From: Phoronis australis
Taxonomy: Eukaryota; Animalia; Phoronida
DNA length: 64,000 bases
Assembly: GCA_002633005.1 (NCBI GenBank)
Contig: NMRA01000660.1
Coordinates: 11,478-75,477, forward strand
Direction: 5' to 3'
Made by a program: the position numbers and the translations under genes. Of this stretch, positions 27,301 to 39,300 are shown one piece after another. How positions within the stretch are numbered: position 1 is the first letter of the stretch; each line of letters starts with the position of its first letter. Under the pieces are notes generated by a model. That model did no database searches. It was not told the origin of the DNA and saw only the letters and a program-made list of their open reading frames with translations.

Positions 27301-30300
27301 AGTGTAATAAAAACAAGAACAATTTGCAAAAAATATAACAACAAATAATACGTGGAACTCCAATTAGGCGAAAACGCCAGGCTACAAAACTGCTTCTCGG
27401 ATATTTCGGTATTATAGGTAAACGCATCCATATTCTAGTGCAGCTGTGTAATAGGGGACGGCCCTATTCAGTTTCTGCGTTAAAATGGTAACGTTTTGAT
27501 GAGCTTAAAAACCATGAGCGGTGGGTAACCCCGGTGGTACATCGGCGCAGGTGGACACAGGGCCAAGGGAGCATCGGTGACGGGTATGACCAGGGGAGCG
27601 TCGAGGTGTGGAGCATAGGACCGAGGGAGAATCGGGACCAGGAAATGTAGGGCTGAGGGAAAAAAAGGACTGTGGAACATCGGTCGGAAACTGTGGATCA
27701 GACGCACACGAACAGTTTGAGTTCGTTTGCGTTAGCTTCTTGTTTGCATATGCGGATGGGTCTTAAATATCGAGACGGGGCCGCTGTTCCTCGCACCTTA
27801 TAGTACCCCGTCCCGATGTTGTCCCTAATCTTTAACGTATTTATGTGCGTCCAGGTGTGATATTTTGGTTCGCCTCTGGTGCATTAGCCTAGGCATGTGC
27901 GCCGAAATTAACTAAAACAGAATTCTTATAATTTACCGGGACCCTTGCGCGCTTTTCGGTCTTAGTATCATTAATAAGCAATAAATTCTATGATCAACAC
28001 AAAGGAATTGAGTCTTGATATACAGAGAACCTATGGAGGGTCGTGGTGAAGTTCATGGTGAAAGAACGGTTCTCCCATCGTGATGACTGGGTAGGGGGAA
28101 ACCCGGACAGGGGAACATAGAAATGGAGGAATATAGGAACAAGAAAATAGCAGTATTAACCCAGGGATCGTGAACGCAAAAGTGCATGTCTTTTTCTGTA
28201 AGTCTTGTAATTTTTCACGTCCATGAAATGTCATTCAAACGTTGGTCTATGCCCTACCTTCCTCTTCAAAAGTCTTATAAATGGGAATGCTCCAACTGCC
28301 CCAGTCAGTGGTCTTTGCACGAAGCTGTAATGTGGATACATCGAAAGAATCTTTAAAGTATTAAATGATTTTTTATACCACAATATTAGCGCCGAATGGC
28401 AAATACAACCTTGTAATAAACCAGTTAGTTATCTCAGTAATGAGATAACAGTTTGGCGGGAAACCGAGGCCGGTTTCGAACCCGGGTCTACACCATTCAG
28501 CGCCTGAGGTCATCAAACGTGAAAATATGATATTTAAATGAACACGAGCAGCAATCCATGTTCAGCAAAGAGCATTGTACCGACATTTATACGCTGTGAA
28601 AAATCAGACGCATGATTTCCATAAAAACGTTATTCTAATTCAGTGAAATTTTTCTCTCGCGTTCTCTCACTTGTAAATCACCGATCTCCAATTTGAATGC
28701 GGGTATGGTGTCGTCGGGATCCTATGACCTGAGCATTGCACTCAGTTACTAGTGGTAACCTACTTTAGCAGACGATATTTTCCCGGTCGAAGCTTAGCGT
28801 GATAAAATGTGTAGTAAGCTATAATAGTTGCTAAACCTTAATTTATAGATTCACTTTATTCCTATTTTGTTTAAAATTTTCATTGGTTTTGAGTAAAAGC
28901 ATTATTTGCTAAGAAGCTCGACTTTTCTTAAAACGTCATGACCTCTGACCCCGGGCCTCTGACAAAGAAAGTAGTTACAAAGCCGACGACAGTCGCAATA
29001 GGTAGATCCATTAATTGCAATGTTTCTCGTTCAGTATGTGGTATAAAGAGATTATTACATGTTCTCAGTCGGTATCCCCCTTATCTAGATCTCTCGTGGA
29101 TTTTGTAGAATCATCACCCTCTGGGCTAACGCCCCTCGGGCGATAATTCTCCGAAATCCACTCGGGGTCTAGATAACGGGGGATAACGACTTTGCTACAT
29201 GTGTGTAATAATATATATGTCACCGCTTGTACGTACTGCATACATTAAATTCACAATTCTGTCATTCCAAGCAGTGGCGTGAAAGATGACCACATCACAT
29301 CCATGGTTGAAATCATTGATGAAGATGACTTACAGTATAGCCGATCACATTCTCGTGATTGAAGGAACACAGGTTGCACATGGCTAAGGTAAATTATCCA
29401 GGGGGCAATTTGAATCTGTTTGCATTCACTCATATATCACTGCGCATCTCATGAACAAATACGTATATTCAAGACATAAGTCATTCTGTTTTCACTTCAG
29501 ACCACTATCAACCTCACCTGAAACGTGTATGTGTCCTTGGTTTTCAAATTGTGAAGCTTTAAAGAAGAACAGTCCTTACACGTGGTTATGCTGTGAGAGT
29601 CACCAGTGTCGTTAAGACTTCTGTGTTTCAGCTGATATTCCCGTATGACGCCGTTAGGGGGACACGGTGGCATCCAGGCAATAATGGCGAACGTTGAGTT
29701 CATGTCTACAACACTTAGATTCCTCGGTGTTGGTGGAGCTATTAGATTTTAAAAGTAGCAATAAATAAAGAACTCTAAAAATAAATCGAATTTCTAGGCA
29801 ACTAAGCCTGATAATTATACTATCAACCACTGCATTCCCATTACTAACATTTCATGCTATCATTTAAGAATGCAATTCTTTCCGAGCTATATGACACTCA
29901 TGTTTTAATTAATTCACGAATGCAGGGGGACAAATTTCCAATTCAACACCTGCAACATCAAGTTAGGAGAACTGACGACGGAACACTTAAGGCTATGGAT
30001 AACGTCCCGATTTAGTTACATTTGGACCATTATATCTCCGGAGCGGCTCATGGGGTTCAGGTCGTACATGTATGCATTATGCACTGTGTTCTAACATATT
30101 GCTTAGAATATTCCACTTTTGCGCGAGGCAAAATCAAATTTATGATTTTGTATACAACTTGAATGTTCTAGAAAACAATAACAAAAACTTCAAAAATGGC
30201 GTTTTTGAGATTTGAAATTGAAGATATTTACCAAGTAGGGATTGATCATGCAATTGTTATCGTAAGTTTTGCAATGAAAGTATCTTACTTTTGATGAAGA

Positions 30301-33300
30301 GACACTGTCACGTGAACCATTTACACCCCTATTTATTTAAATCAAAAATCAGTTTACAACACGGTTTCCACTTTCATTTTTGTCCCTTCAATTCAGAATT
30401 TACGTTGTGTAGATATTTGAAGGAAATGTGCATAATTGTCGATCAAATTATTTATAACCTAAAGATTAGATCTTACCACTTTCGCTAGTAACGTTACGAT
30501 TCCAACTACTCCAAGGTCCAGCCAAAACTCCATTCAATGCACGCAATCTGAAGCTGTATGAAGCGTGTGGTACAAGATGGTCAAACATCTTGTAAGTATC
30601 ACTGATTGACTCGTTTTCAGTTTTTTTAGGAAGGCAAGGTAAGTCTGGTCTATGTAACTGATAGCCATAACTTGGAGTAAATCCACTTCTTGTTAAACAG
30701 TTTGGCTCCTGCCAAGTGAATTTCAACGAGTTTGAAGAACGTTCCGAAACTTCGACATTTCTCGGAGGTTCAGCTAAGGCTAAAACAAGAAACTTCGTAA
30801 ATTAATCATCAACATTATCTATGGCACACCATATACTGATGAAAATGTGCGGCAGATACGAAAACGGGTAGAAAAGCAACCGGAAGCTTCTAATTTCAAC
30901 GTACCGCATTTTACCCAACATCCTGGAAAGTCGCAAACATCGATTTATCGAAACGTTTGCAATTTACTTAATGTTTAATTGAATGTGGTGTGGACAGAAA
31001 TATTTGAACTTATAACATTTAAAGAAAGTACAAGGTTGAATAGAACTCAGTGCCACTTCATGTAAAATTATACTATTGACACAAACTCACACGTGTTGTC
31101 TTTTTTCTGATGTGCTATATAACAACGCAATTCTAGAAGGAACACTTCCACCGTGAAAAGTAAAGTCGAACTTTGTGGGAAGAACATAATAACAAAATAC
31201 ATTCGTGGTATTAAAAATTATGTTCAAAGTAAATTTCGGTTTTCAAATCCAATTTAAGTTGGAAATAATCAAAACAACCATGGGGCACGTTTATCGTTGT
31301 CTGGTACGTCATAAAAACAAGCACGTGTTTGTTATGTGATTGTGCATACGGTGAATCAACCAGGATGAAGGTTTCTTAAATTTAACTTAAAATGTACTTC
31401 TACACTCGTGCACTTTACTTCAATATCTTACGTCCGCATGCCTCAGCCTCGGGGCTGGGACTTCCCACATCGTTGTCATTGAGTTTTACCCTAATCCTGA
31501 TGTCATAGTGGTGCCGAGGGTCTGTAGGTGAAATTGAAAACGTCGAGGTGGTATAGTCAATGTCATTACTTCGGGTCCACTTAGAAGCCGTCCTCACTCT
31601 GTATTCGACAATGTACTTGTAAACTGGACCAAAACCATGGTCGGTTTCGGCTGACCACGGACGCCAAGTCACAGAAATCTCAGTACGGCTTCGGGATATA
31701 TTTGGCGAATGAGCAAGACGAGCGAATTCTACAATAAAATACCCAAAAATTAAAAAAAGAAACATTAAATTTATGGACATGATATTGGCTGTATTAATCA
31801 TTGGACGACCTGGTTGAAAACGCATGCTAATCTCGTTATCTGGTTTGTAGACAAATTTTATACATAATGTACTTGAAAAAGCAGATAACATTTCAAAAAT
31901 AATGGAAGCAAACGGTGTTCGAATATGACCGGAAGGTGGAGAATATGACTGCTAAATTATGATATCCTACCAGTTTTACAATGTGGCATCTTATATCCAT
32001 CCTGGCATGACTTGCAGGTCCCCCTAAACCTGTCACATGTTCCATTCAGGCAGTTGCCACAGGACTGCAGGCAATCGGCCCCGTAGTAGTTGTACAAACA
32101 ATCTAAAACACAGATACTGCAATTTAAAGTTGGTGGGTGTCACACAGATCTCAGCATGACTTCACATGTTCTTCCAGCCTTCAAATATTCAGGGCTATCC
32201 TTGACAGGACAGTGGTGGATCTAGGATACCATAAGGGGGGGGGGCAACATGTTGCCTCGGGGAATTGGGCAAAGCGCGATTGTTTATGCACAGGCCATCC
32301 CAAAGTTGCGGGGGCCGGGAATGTAGGAAAAACACAGTGACAACTGTTCTGTATCACCAAATGTACGATGACACTTTCAATTGGGTTTCATATGAAAGTT
32401 AAATGACCCAGCACCCACCAATTACGTATGGGTTTTCCGTTTGACAAGGAACTGAATTACTACTTTAGAAACAACGAGTCTCCCATCGTTTCATAGTTGC
32501 GTGTACATGTAGCCCCATAATGACAGATAAACAGCAATCTATACAAGGCCTTTTACTATCGTCAAATCGGTCTCATAGTATTCCCTACCATGATACGATT
32601 CTATTTCCGTTAAACGTATGATTTGTAGACACATTAAAGACACACTGAATATGGAAAACAGTGGTGGAACAGACACTATTTATCATTGAATCAAGTCACG
32701 TTGAATAGGAGAGGGAGAGAGAGGTGTGAAGGGAATTTGGTTATGTAAGTGTTCTGCCATAGAACTTTGCGTCATTTATATGTAGGCCTACTCCTAGTAT
32801 CGGCATAAGGCGAGTCGGGAGAACAATAAATGATCGCTGTCTTGATTGCCTCGCTCGTCTGTCAAATAACTGCCTGACTGATGCAGAAGTATTTAAAGGG
32901 TAATCGAAAGCACAATATGGAAAGGAAGCAACAAAACACTTTGTAATGAGTCAACACGTCCCGCCACCAGAACAGTTAATGTACGAGACGCCTGAATTGG
33001 GCACACGATGATGATTATCAGGGATAGATAAAACGTCCAAGCCAGAACTGAGGGATACTTTGATATATTGCATGGGGGTAGGGCAGGGGATATCCTCACC
33101 ACGTTTAAATTAGTGAGTTGGACAGTAAAGCAAACAACAAAAAAGAAACGCAGAGCCATCGACAATGCCGACAGCGACCGTGCAGCCACAAACGTCCATG
33201 ATGCAAACATTAACACTCTAAACCGACCCCAGAGGTGCACAGATAGCAACCATCCCAAGCGCCTCATCATGGCCTACTGCAAAATGCCAAAAAGATAACC

Positions 33301-36300
33301 GCTGGACAGTCGTACACGAGTGTGGATAAAGAGTCCAACTTCCTGAGCAAAGAGTGTACAGTAACTGGCAAGGCCAAACGGTCACGTTCTTTTTTAAACT
33401 GATGGCTATAGAGGCAGCGATGAACGCAATCGCCGCCATATTGTTTGCCGACCTTCCCAATGCACTACTCAGGAAAGTCAGACCAAAGCGCGTCAAGATG
33501 AAAATCAAAATACCGATAGTGAAAACATAAATACTCCAAACATTGTCCTCGAACCTGTGCAACGAGCGAGGTATCCCCAAACACTTGTCAAGACTCAAGC
33601 CACCGCATAGGCAGTACTTAGTTACCCACTTACAGTACATGGAAATTTAACAGCGCAATATATTCCATTTTTAGCACGAGCCAAGCTATGTTGCAATAAA
33701 TGTTGTGTCATTGATTTGTACACATGGTATCGCCATGTACATGTAACCAGCCGGGAGAACAAAAAATGATAGCCACTTTGATTGAGCCGCTCCTTTGCTA
33801 AGCAACTGACATACTAATGCGACATCTTATATCCCACGTGGCGTGACGTGCAGTTTCCTCTAAATTTTTAAGACGGTCCATTCAGATACTGTAGTAACCA
33901 CAGGACTGAAGGTAGTCCGCAAGGTACCCGTTGCCTGGCCATTCTAGAACAGATGTTCATACAACTTTAAGCGGAATCTACCTTTAAGCACTCATATCCA
34001 GGGGCCCGTTCCAACAAAACTGACTTAGCTAAGACAATTCTTAAATTTTAGTAAATTTTAAAATAAAAGTTAAATTTGTCTCAAAACCAAATCAAGAAAA
34101 AGATCTCAAGTTAGACTTCAATGTATGAGCCAAGTTTTGTCTCAATTTTGACTAACTATCCAAATGTGGAAGTTTCAAAGTTTGGAAGTTTAGACAAATC
34201 TTAGACTTAAGTCAAAAATGAACTTAAGTCAGTTTCTTGGAACAGGACCCATGTCTCTGTGATATGTCACACATATCTCAGCATGTCTTCACATGTCCAT
34301 CCAGTATGAACATGGGACTCAACAAAGACACTGTTTTCCTTTAAATGAACTTTGTCAATTCGAAAAAATGTGACATCATCTGTGGTTGGATGATCCGTGA
34401 GCTGCAATGACTCATGGATCTTTCTATTTGCTAAGGAACTGAGTTATCAGTTCAGGAACAGCCAGTATTCCATCGCTTGAAGCATTGATGCTGACGACCA
34501 CTTCTGTGTACATGTGCGTATCAACTGAAATGCACACCCTTACCTTGATCGCAGCCAATTCCTTGAAAGCCAGTGGCACATGAGCATCCATACGGGTCTA
34601 TGGTACATACTTGTCGGTATCTACATCCTGTACCTACGTCATCAGAACACTGCGAGGTACAGTCATAACCAAATCTGTTCGGACCACAAGCTGAAGAGAA
34701 ACATTACAGGAGCTTGAGATCATGGCGGCAAATCCAAAATGACATATCGTGTGTAACCATAAAGGGTACACGGACATACCTACAAATTCAAAGGGACAAG
34801 GGGATTGTTGTAAAGTCGAAATAGTTATTTCCGTTATCAAAAAGCATGTAAAATGTTGCATGTAATGAAGGAAATTATCAGGACTTAAGAGGAGAAACGG
34901 AAAAATTACCTTCAGAACAGTCCCTCCCCTTGAAACCCGGAGCACAGATGCATTCACCGGTTATATCATGACATACTCCGCCATTTGAACAGGTAGGACA
35001 ATCGTTCTCGCATAGTCCGCCATACTTTCCGTCGGGGCAAACTGAAAATATAACAGTACTTACGACTCGTCTACAACAACTTACACCTTTTGTAACAAAA
35101 CATGAATAAACATTTTGCTCTAAGTAATAAGACACACTAGCCGCTTTCAAACGAGAAAGTACAGTACAGTAGTTATGCATCACCTACATGTAAGTCACAT
35201 TTACAAGAAGTTAATCGCAAACTGGATCAGCATGAGTCACTTACACGAAAACTGTCCGCACATGATCGCATAACAAATAGCAAACGTACAAACCACGTGA
35301 AATGCCAACGGATTCCCCGCATATACGCGCCTTCTTCGATCATTCAACAGTCGCCCCTTCTTCCCACACTCGTAACTCTCCTTTTACCCCCGAGAGCAAC
35401 TACCTCACACCTTCATCCCGTCCCTAAACGTCGGGACACTTGAAAAATGTCGGAATCCTCGGACAAACTACACAGAGATAGACAGTGAAGTAGCCAGGAG
35501 GCACAAAAGGCCATGACTCTCCTGCACATTGCAAAAAAGACCTCCTCAGTCAAAATTTGCCTAACCTTGCTCATTGCCAGATGACCTCATTTTGCCCATC
35601 CTCCGGTTGAAAACTTCCGGCTACGACAGTGGTGAGTTGGTGGAACTGCGAAACATTCAGAACCACGGATGTTACTTTAAAATTTTCAATTATCCGAAAA
35701 TTAAAAAGAAACACAATACGAGTCCAGTAACGGACCATAAAATGTTGTGTAATTGGGTTAGCGTTTAACCGAACAAAAAGAGAGTGAACCTACGACCTCT
35801 GGTGAACCACGTGGTAGCCTTTGCGTTTAATGTTTAACCAAAGGTATTCTCGAAAGATGACGTCAGAGCTCTCATAGTGGTTACGCTCGAAAAGTGTTAT
35901 ACTTAATGCTGAAAATTCCAAACTGAAGTAAACCAGTAGGCCAGATGACGGCGTTTGTTCACTGTATATGTATGTGCTTCAAGCACGCGACTGTTCAACA
36001 TTACTGCAGAAACGAAATAGTTGCTGCTACGTCACTTGTATGACAAGACTAAAAATCGTTCACAGACCGCCATTTTCAGACTTTGTTGTGAAGCTAACCA
36101 ATATCTGCTGAGGATACATCAACCAATGATAAAGCGCGTGCTACTGCCTGCTACATGCCTGGTGACTACCACCTAGCGGCACGCAGGGAACCAATGAGTA
36201 CGAAAATGCAGGCTATCAGCAGTCACATTTGTCGCTCTTGGAAGATGACTTTGACTTACTAGGACTGTGCTCATGTTGGATGTTTATGATAATCTACGAA

Positions 36301-39300
36301 AAAGTCAACTAAAACATTTGAAAAAATCAGGCATCTATGACAGAAAGCAAGGTTTAATGCTCATACTCTGATCACTGTGTACACATTGCTATCCATGGAT
36401 GTTTATCCTTAAACAAAAGTATACATCAAATGGCAAATACTGTAACAAATGTCGCACATCTACGGTGACCCGAAAGTATCATCGCTAATTTTGTTTAAAT
36501 ATTTTTTCATTTTTCATTTTCCACCTAGGTGGAAATAATTCAACCTAGGTGGAAACTATTTTCACCTGGGTGGAAACTATTTTCACCTGGGTGGAAATTA
36601 TTTTCACCCGGGTGGAAATTATTTCAACGTAGGTGAAAATTATTTTCACCCGGGTGGAAACTATTTCAACCTAGGTGGAAATTATTTTCATGCTTGTAAG
36701 TCGTTTGGTTAACGTGACGTCATCTACTTGCGCTAGGAACAAGTCATGTGTCGAGCCATAGCTGCACACCCTTTTGTAGCACTCTAAAAACAATGCTCTT
36801 TGTTTTGTTTATTCATGTCAATCGGTTAGATCATTCTGCCACCACATGTTTGCAGACATATGTGTTAGAGTGTTAGCATATACAGGACAATCTGTGCAAG
36901 GAATTTCGCTTGACCACCCCCCCCCCCGAAAACGTTACTAATTTGGATTTTTTTTTACTTTATCTGGACTGTACCTTACAGTATAATTTAATCTTGAATA
37001 CTTTGTACTGTTATACGCTGGTTACTGAAGGTGATTGTCATTGCAATGGTCATACACAAATGCGCATTTTAATGAGAAATTATGTGTTTTATTACACTAT
37101 TGGTTAGTGACATTTCTGATACTGCTGACAATTATACTCTAATTAGAAACAATGTTAAGTAATTTTTAAGACTGGTGTATAATTCATTAATCATGCTAGT
37201 TGTTTACCAAAATTTGTATCCTCTTGTGAATCCATAAGATGTGATTCACCATACGTCTTTTACCATTTGTGGGATATTTATAATACTATCTGTGCCTTTT
37301 GTTGCTAGTTGTGTAACTTTAAGTCTTTGAAACCTGTCAGCACGGGAAGGGTGAGGCTTTTGGACAACAACAATAATATGTCATTTATTTATCGGAAATT
37401 TCTCAACGTTCTACACCATACACTATATTTGTTAATGGCTTGGGTTCGTTGCTGAAATCCGGCAACTTTATTCAGAGAGTTGTTTTGGAACTAGGAGTAA
37501 TACGTAATCACACTGTCTCTGTTAAAGTCCGCGGCAAATCCAAGAGGCAGATAAGGCGCCGATATTGCAACCTAATCTGAACTTTGTTGAACAAAATGGC
37601 TGGCCCAATCGACCTTCACCTACAAGACTTCATCCAATCACATCACAGATGAAAATAGGTGCCCGGATGTATAACATTTTCACCCAGGTGAAAATAATTT
37701 CCACCCGGGTGAAAATAATTTCCACCTAGGTTGAAATAATTTCCACCCGGGTGAAAATAATTTCCACCCGGGTGAAAATAATTTCCACCTAAGTTGAAAT
37801 AGTTTCCACCCGGGTGAAAATAATTTCCACCCGGGTGAAAATAATTTCCACCTAGGTTGAAATATTTCACCCTAGGTGGAAAAGAAAAAATAAAAAAATT
37901 AATAAACTAAAATAGCGATGATACTTTCGGGCCACCGTACACATCACATCAGAGTGTCCTTTTCCTCCTACCTCGCACAATGAGCCTGAAAACCCCTCTC
38001 GCCACTCGCACGTTCTCTTGCTCAGTATAAACCATGTACACTCCTCCGTGGCCCAAATTAACAGTGTCAATCATGGGTGATTGCAGTCCTCGCCACGTAA
38101 TTATGTCTTCATCAATCAAAAACAGAGATCCACCATCCTTCCTCCATTTTAATCCTCTCGGTGAACCTTTGTAGTTAAATGTTACGGTGGTGTCTCTGAC
38201 ACTTGCCCGCTGTGTTATCTGATCTGCTAGGAACAACGAAAAACTATTCTGCTATATGGGCATATGAAGAGATGGCCTAATTATTCCTGCAAGAACAACA
38301 CGTCCACAGGCATTTGATACCACATTGTCAATAGCTTCACAATCAGGGATGGTACAGAACATATATCATTGAGGCAGAACCCTTACCTCTCTCCACAGAC
38401 ACTTATAGCGCAAAGAGATCACTTACGCAAAACACTGAGTGAAATACCCGTGCCATTTTACGCAGTTGTGGGTAATCTTGCTTTTTGAAAGGTTCCCGCT
38501 TCTACAAAAAGCAACTCAGGCTCACTGGTAGGAGGTTTTGTGCATGGCAAATGTTCTTGGAAAGTGCAGTGTTTTGAGGAAAAATGGCTAGGGGTCAGTT
38601 CCGTGATAAGTATTGATTTCTCCCCGCGATGACATTTTTATCGTTACGCACAGTTTTCTTGTTACCTAATTTACATGAACATTTTCGGTTGGTTTTGATA
38701 CGAAAAGTTTGTACTTTAACTGACCATTTAAAATTCTATTTCACCTTGGGTGCAGGTCGGTACGTTGCAGAAATCCCATCGTGTTTCAGAAGCACTCGTG
38801 TAGCACCAGGGTTCAGGATGTCGTCCTTTATTTCTACAATAGTTTTTCTCTAAACCCTCTCCTCTAACCGCGTGTGTTTGGGAACTCAGGAACTCCCATC
38901 GCTGGCAGATAATGCCACCTCGTGTTTTGTTTATACGACCTCCGTAAGAATATCCTTTCTCGTCTTGTTTGCAATCTCCTGGAAATGAAGTATATTTCTT
39001 CTTTGTATATGCGATCACACTATTTGCTGAGCAAAGAAATGGTACATGCCAAATAGGGACTTGATAGATAATTATTACAAAAATCCCTAATAAGCAAAAG
39101 AAAGGTCGCCCATTGTATTTCTTGTCCGGAGGCGGATCCATGATGTTTCGCTTGGGGGGAGGAGGGCAGAGTATTAGTCATGACTTTGCTGGTCAGAAAT
39201 TTGCACCCCGAGCTACCAAATGGAATCCTGGAGAATTGTAAGGGCATGGCCACTTTGGACCTTTCTAAGTCCACCACTGCTGTCACGGTAGCTAGGAAGG

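Larger units (their letters stand above)
36461..37939. mobile_element. Foldback non-autonomous DNA transposon, IS3EU-like
   Basis: Termini TACGGTGACCCGAAAGTATCATCGCTA / TAGCGATGATACTTTCGGGCCACCGTA, 6-bp TSD CACATC, and inverted arrays of 21-bp repeats inside both arms. Confidence 0.85.

Noticed and set aside
37643-37870. ORF with GGNYFHP repeats
   Set aside because: It is a translation of the 21-bp array in a transposon arm.
38745-38978. Independent plasminogen/ROR/HGF-like gene
   Set aside because: Single kringle exon on the same strand and in the same phase as the flanking Tie exons; no protease, Frizzled or PAN exons seen.
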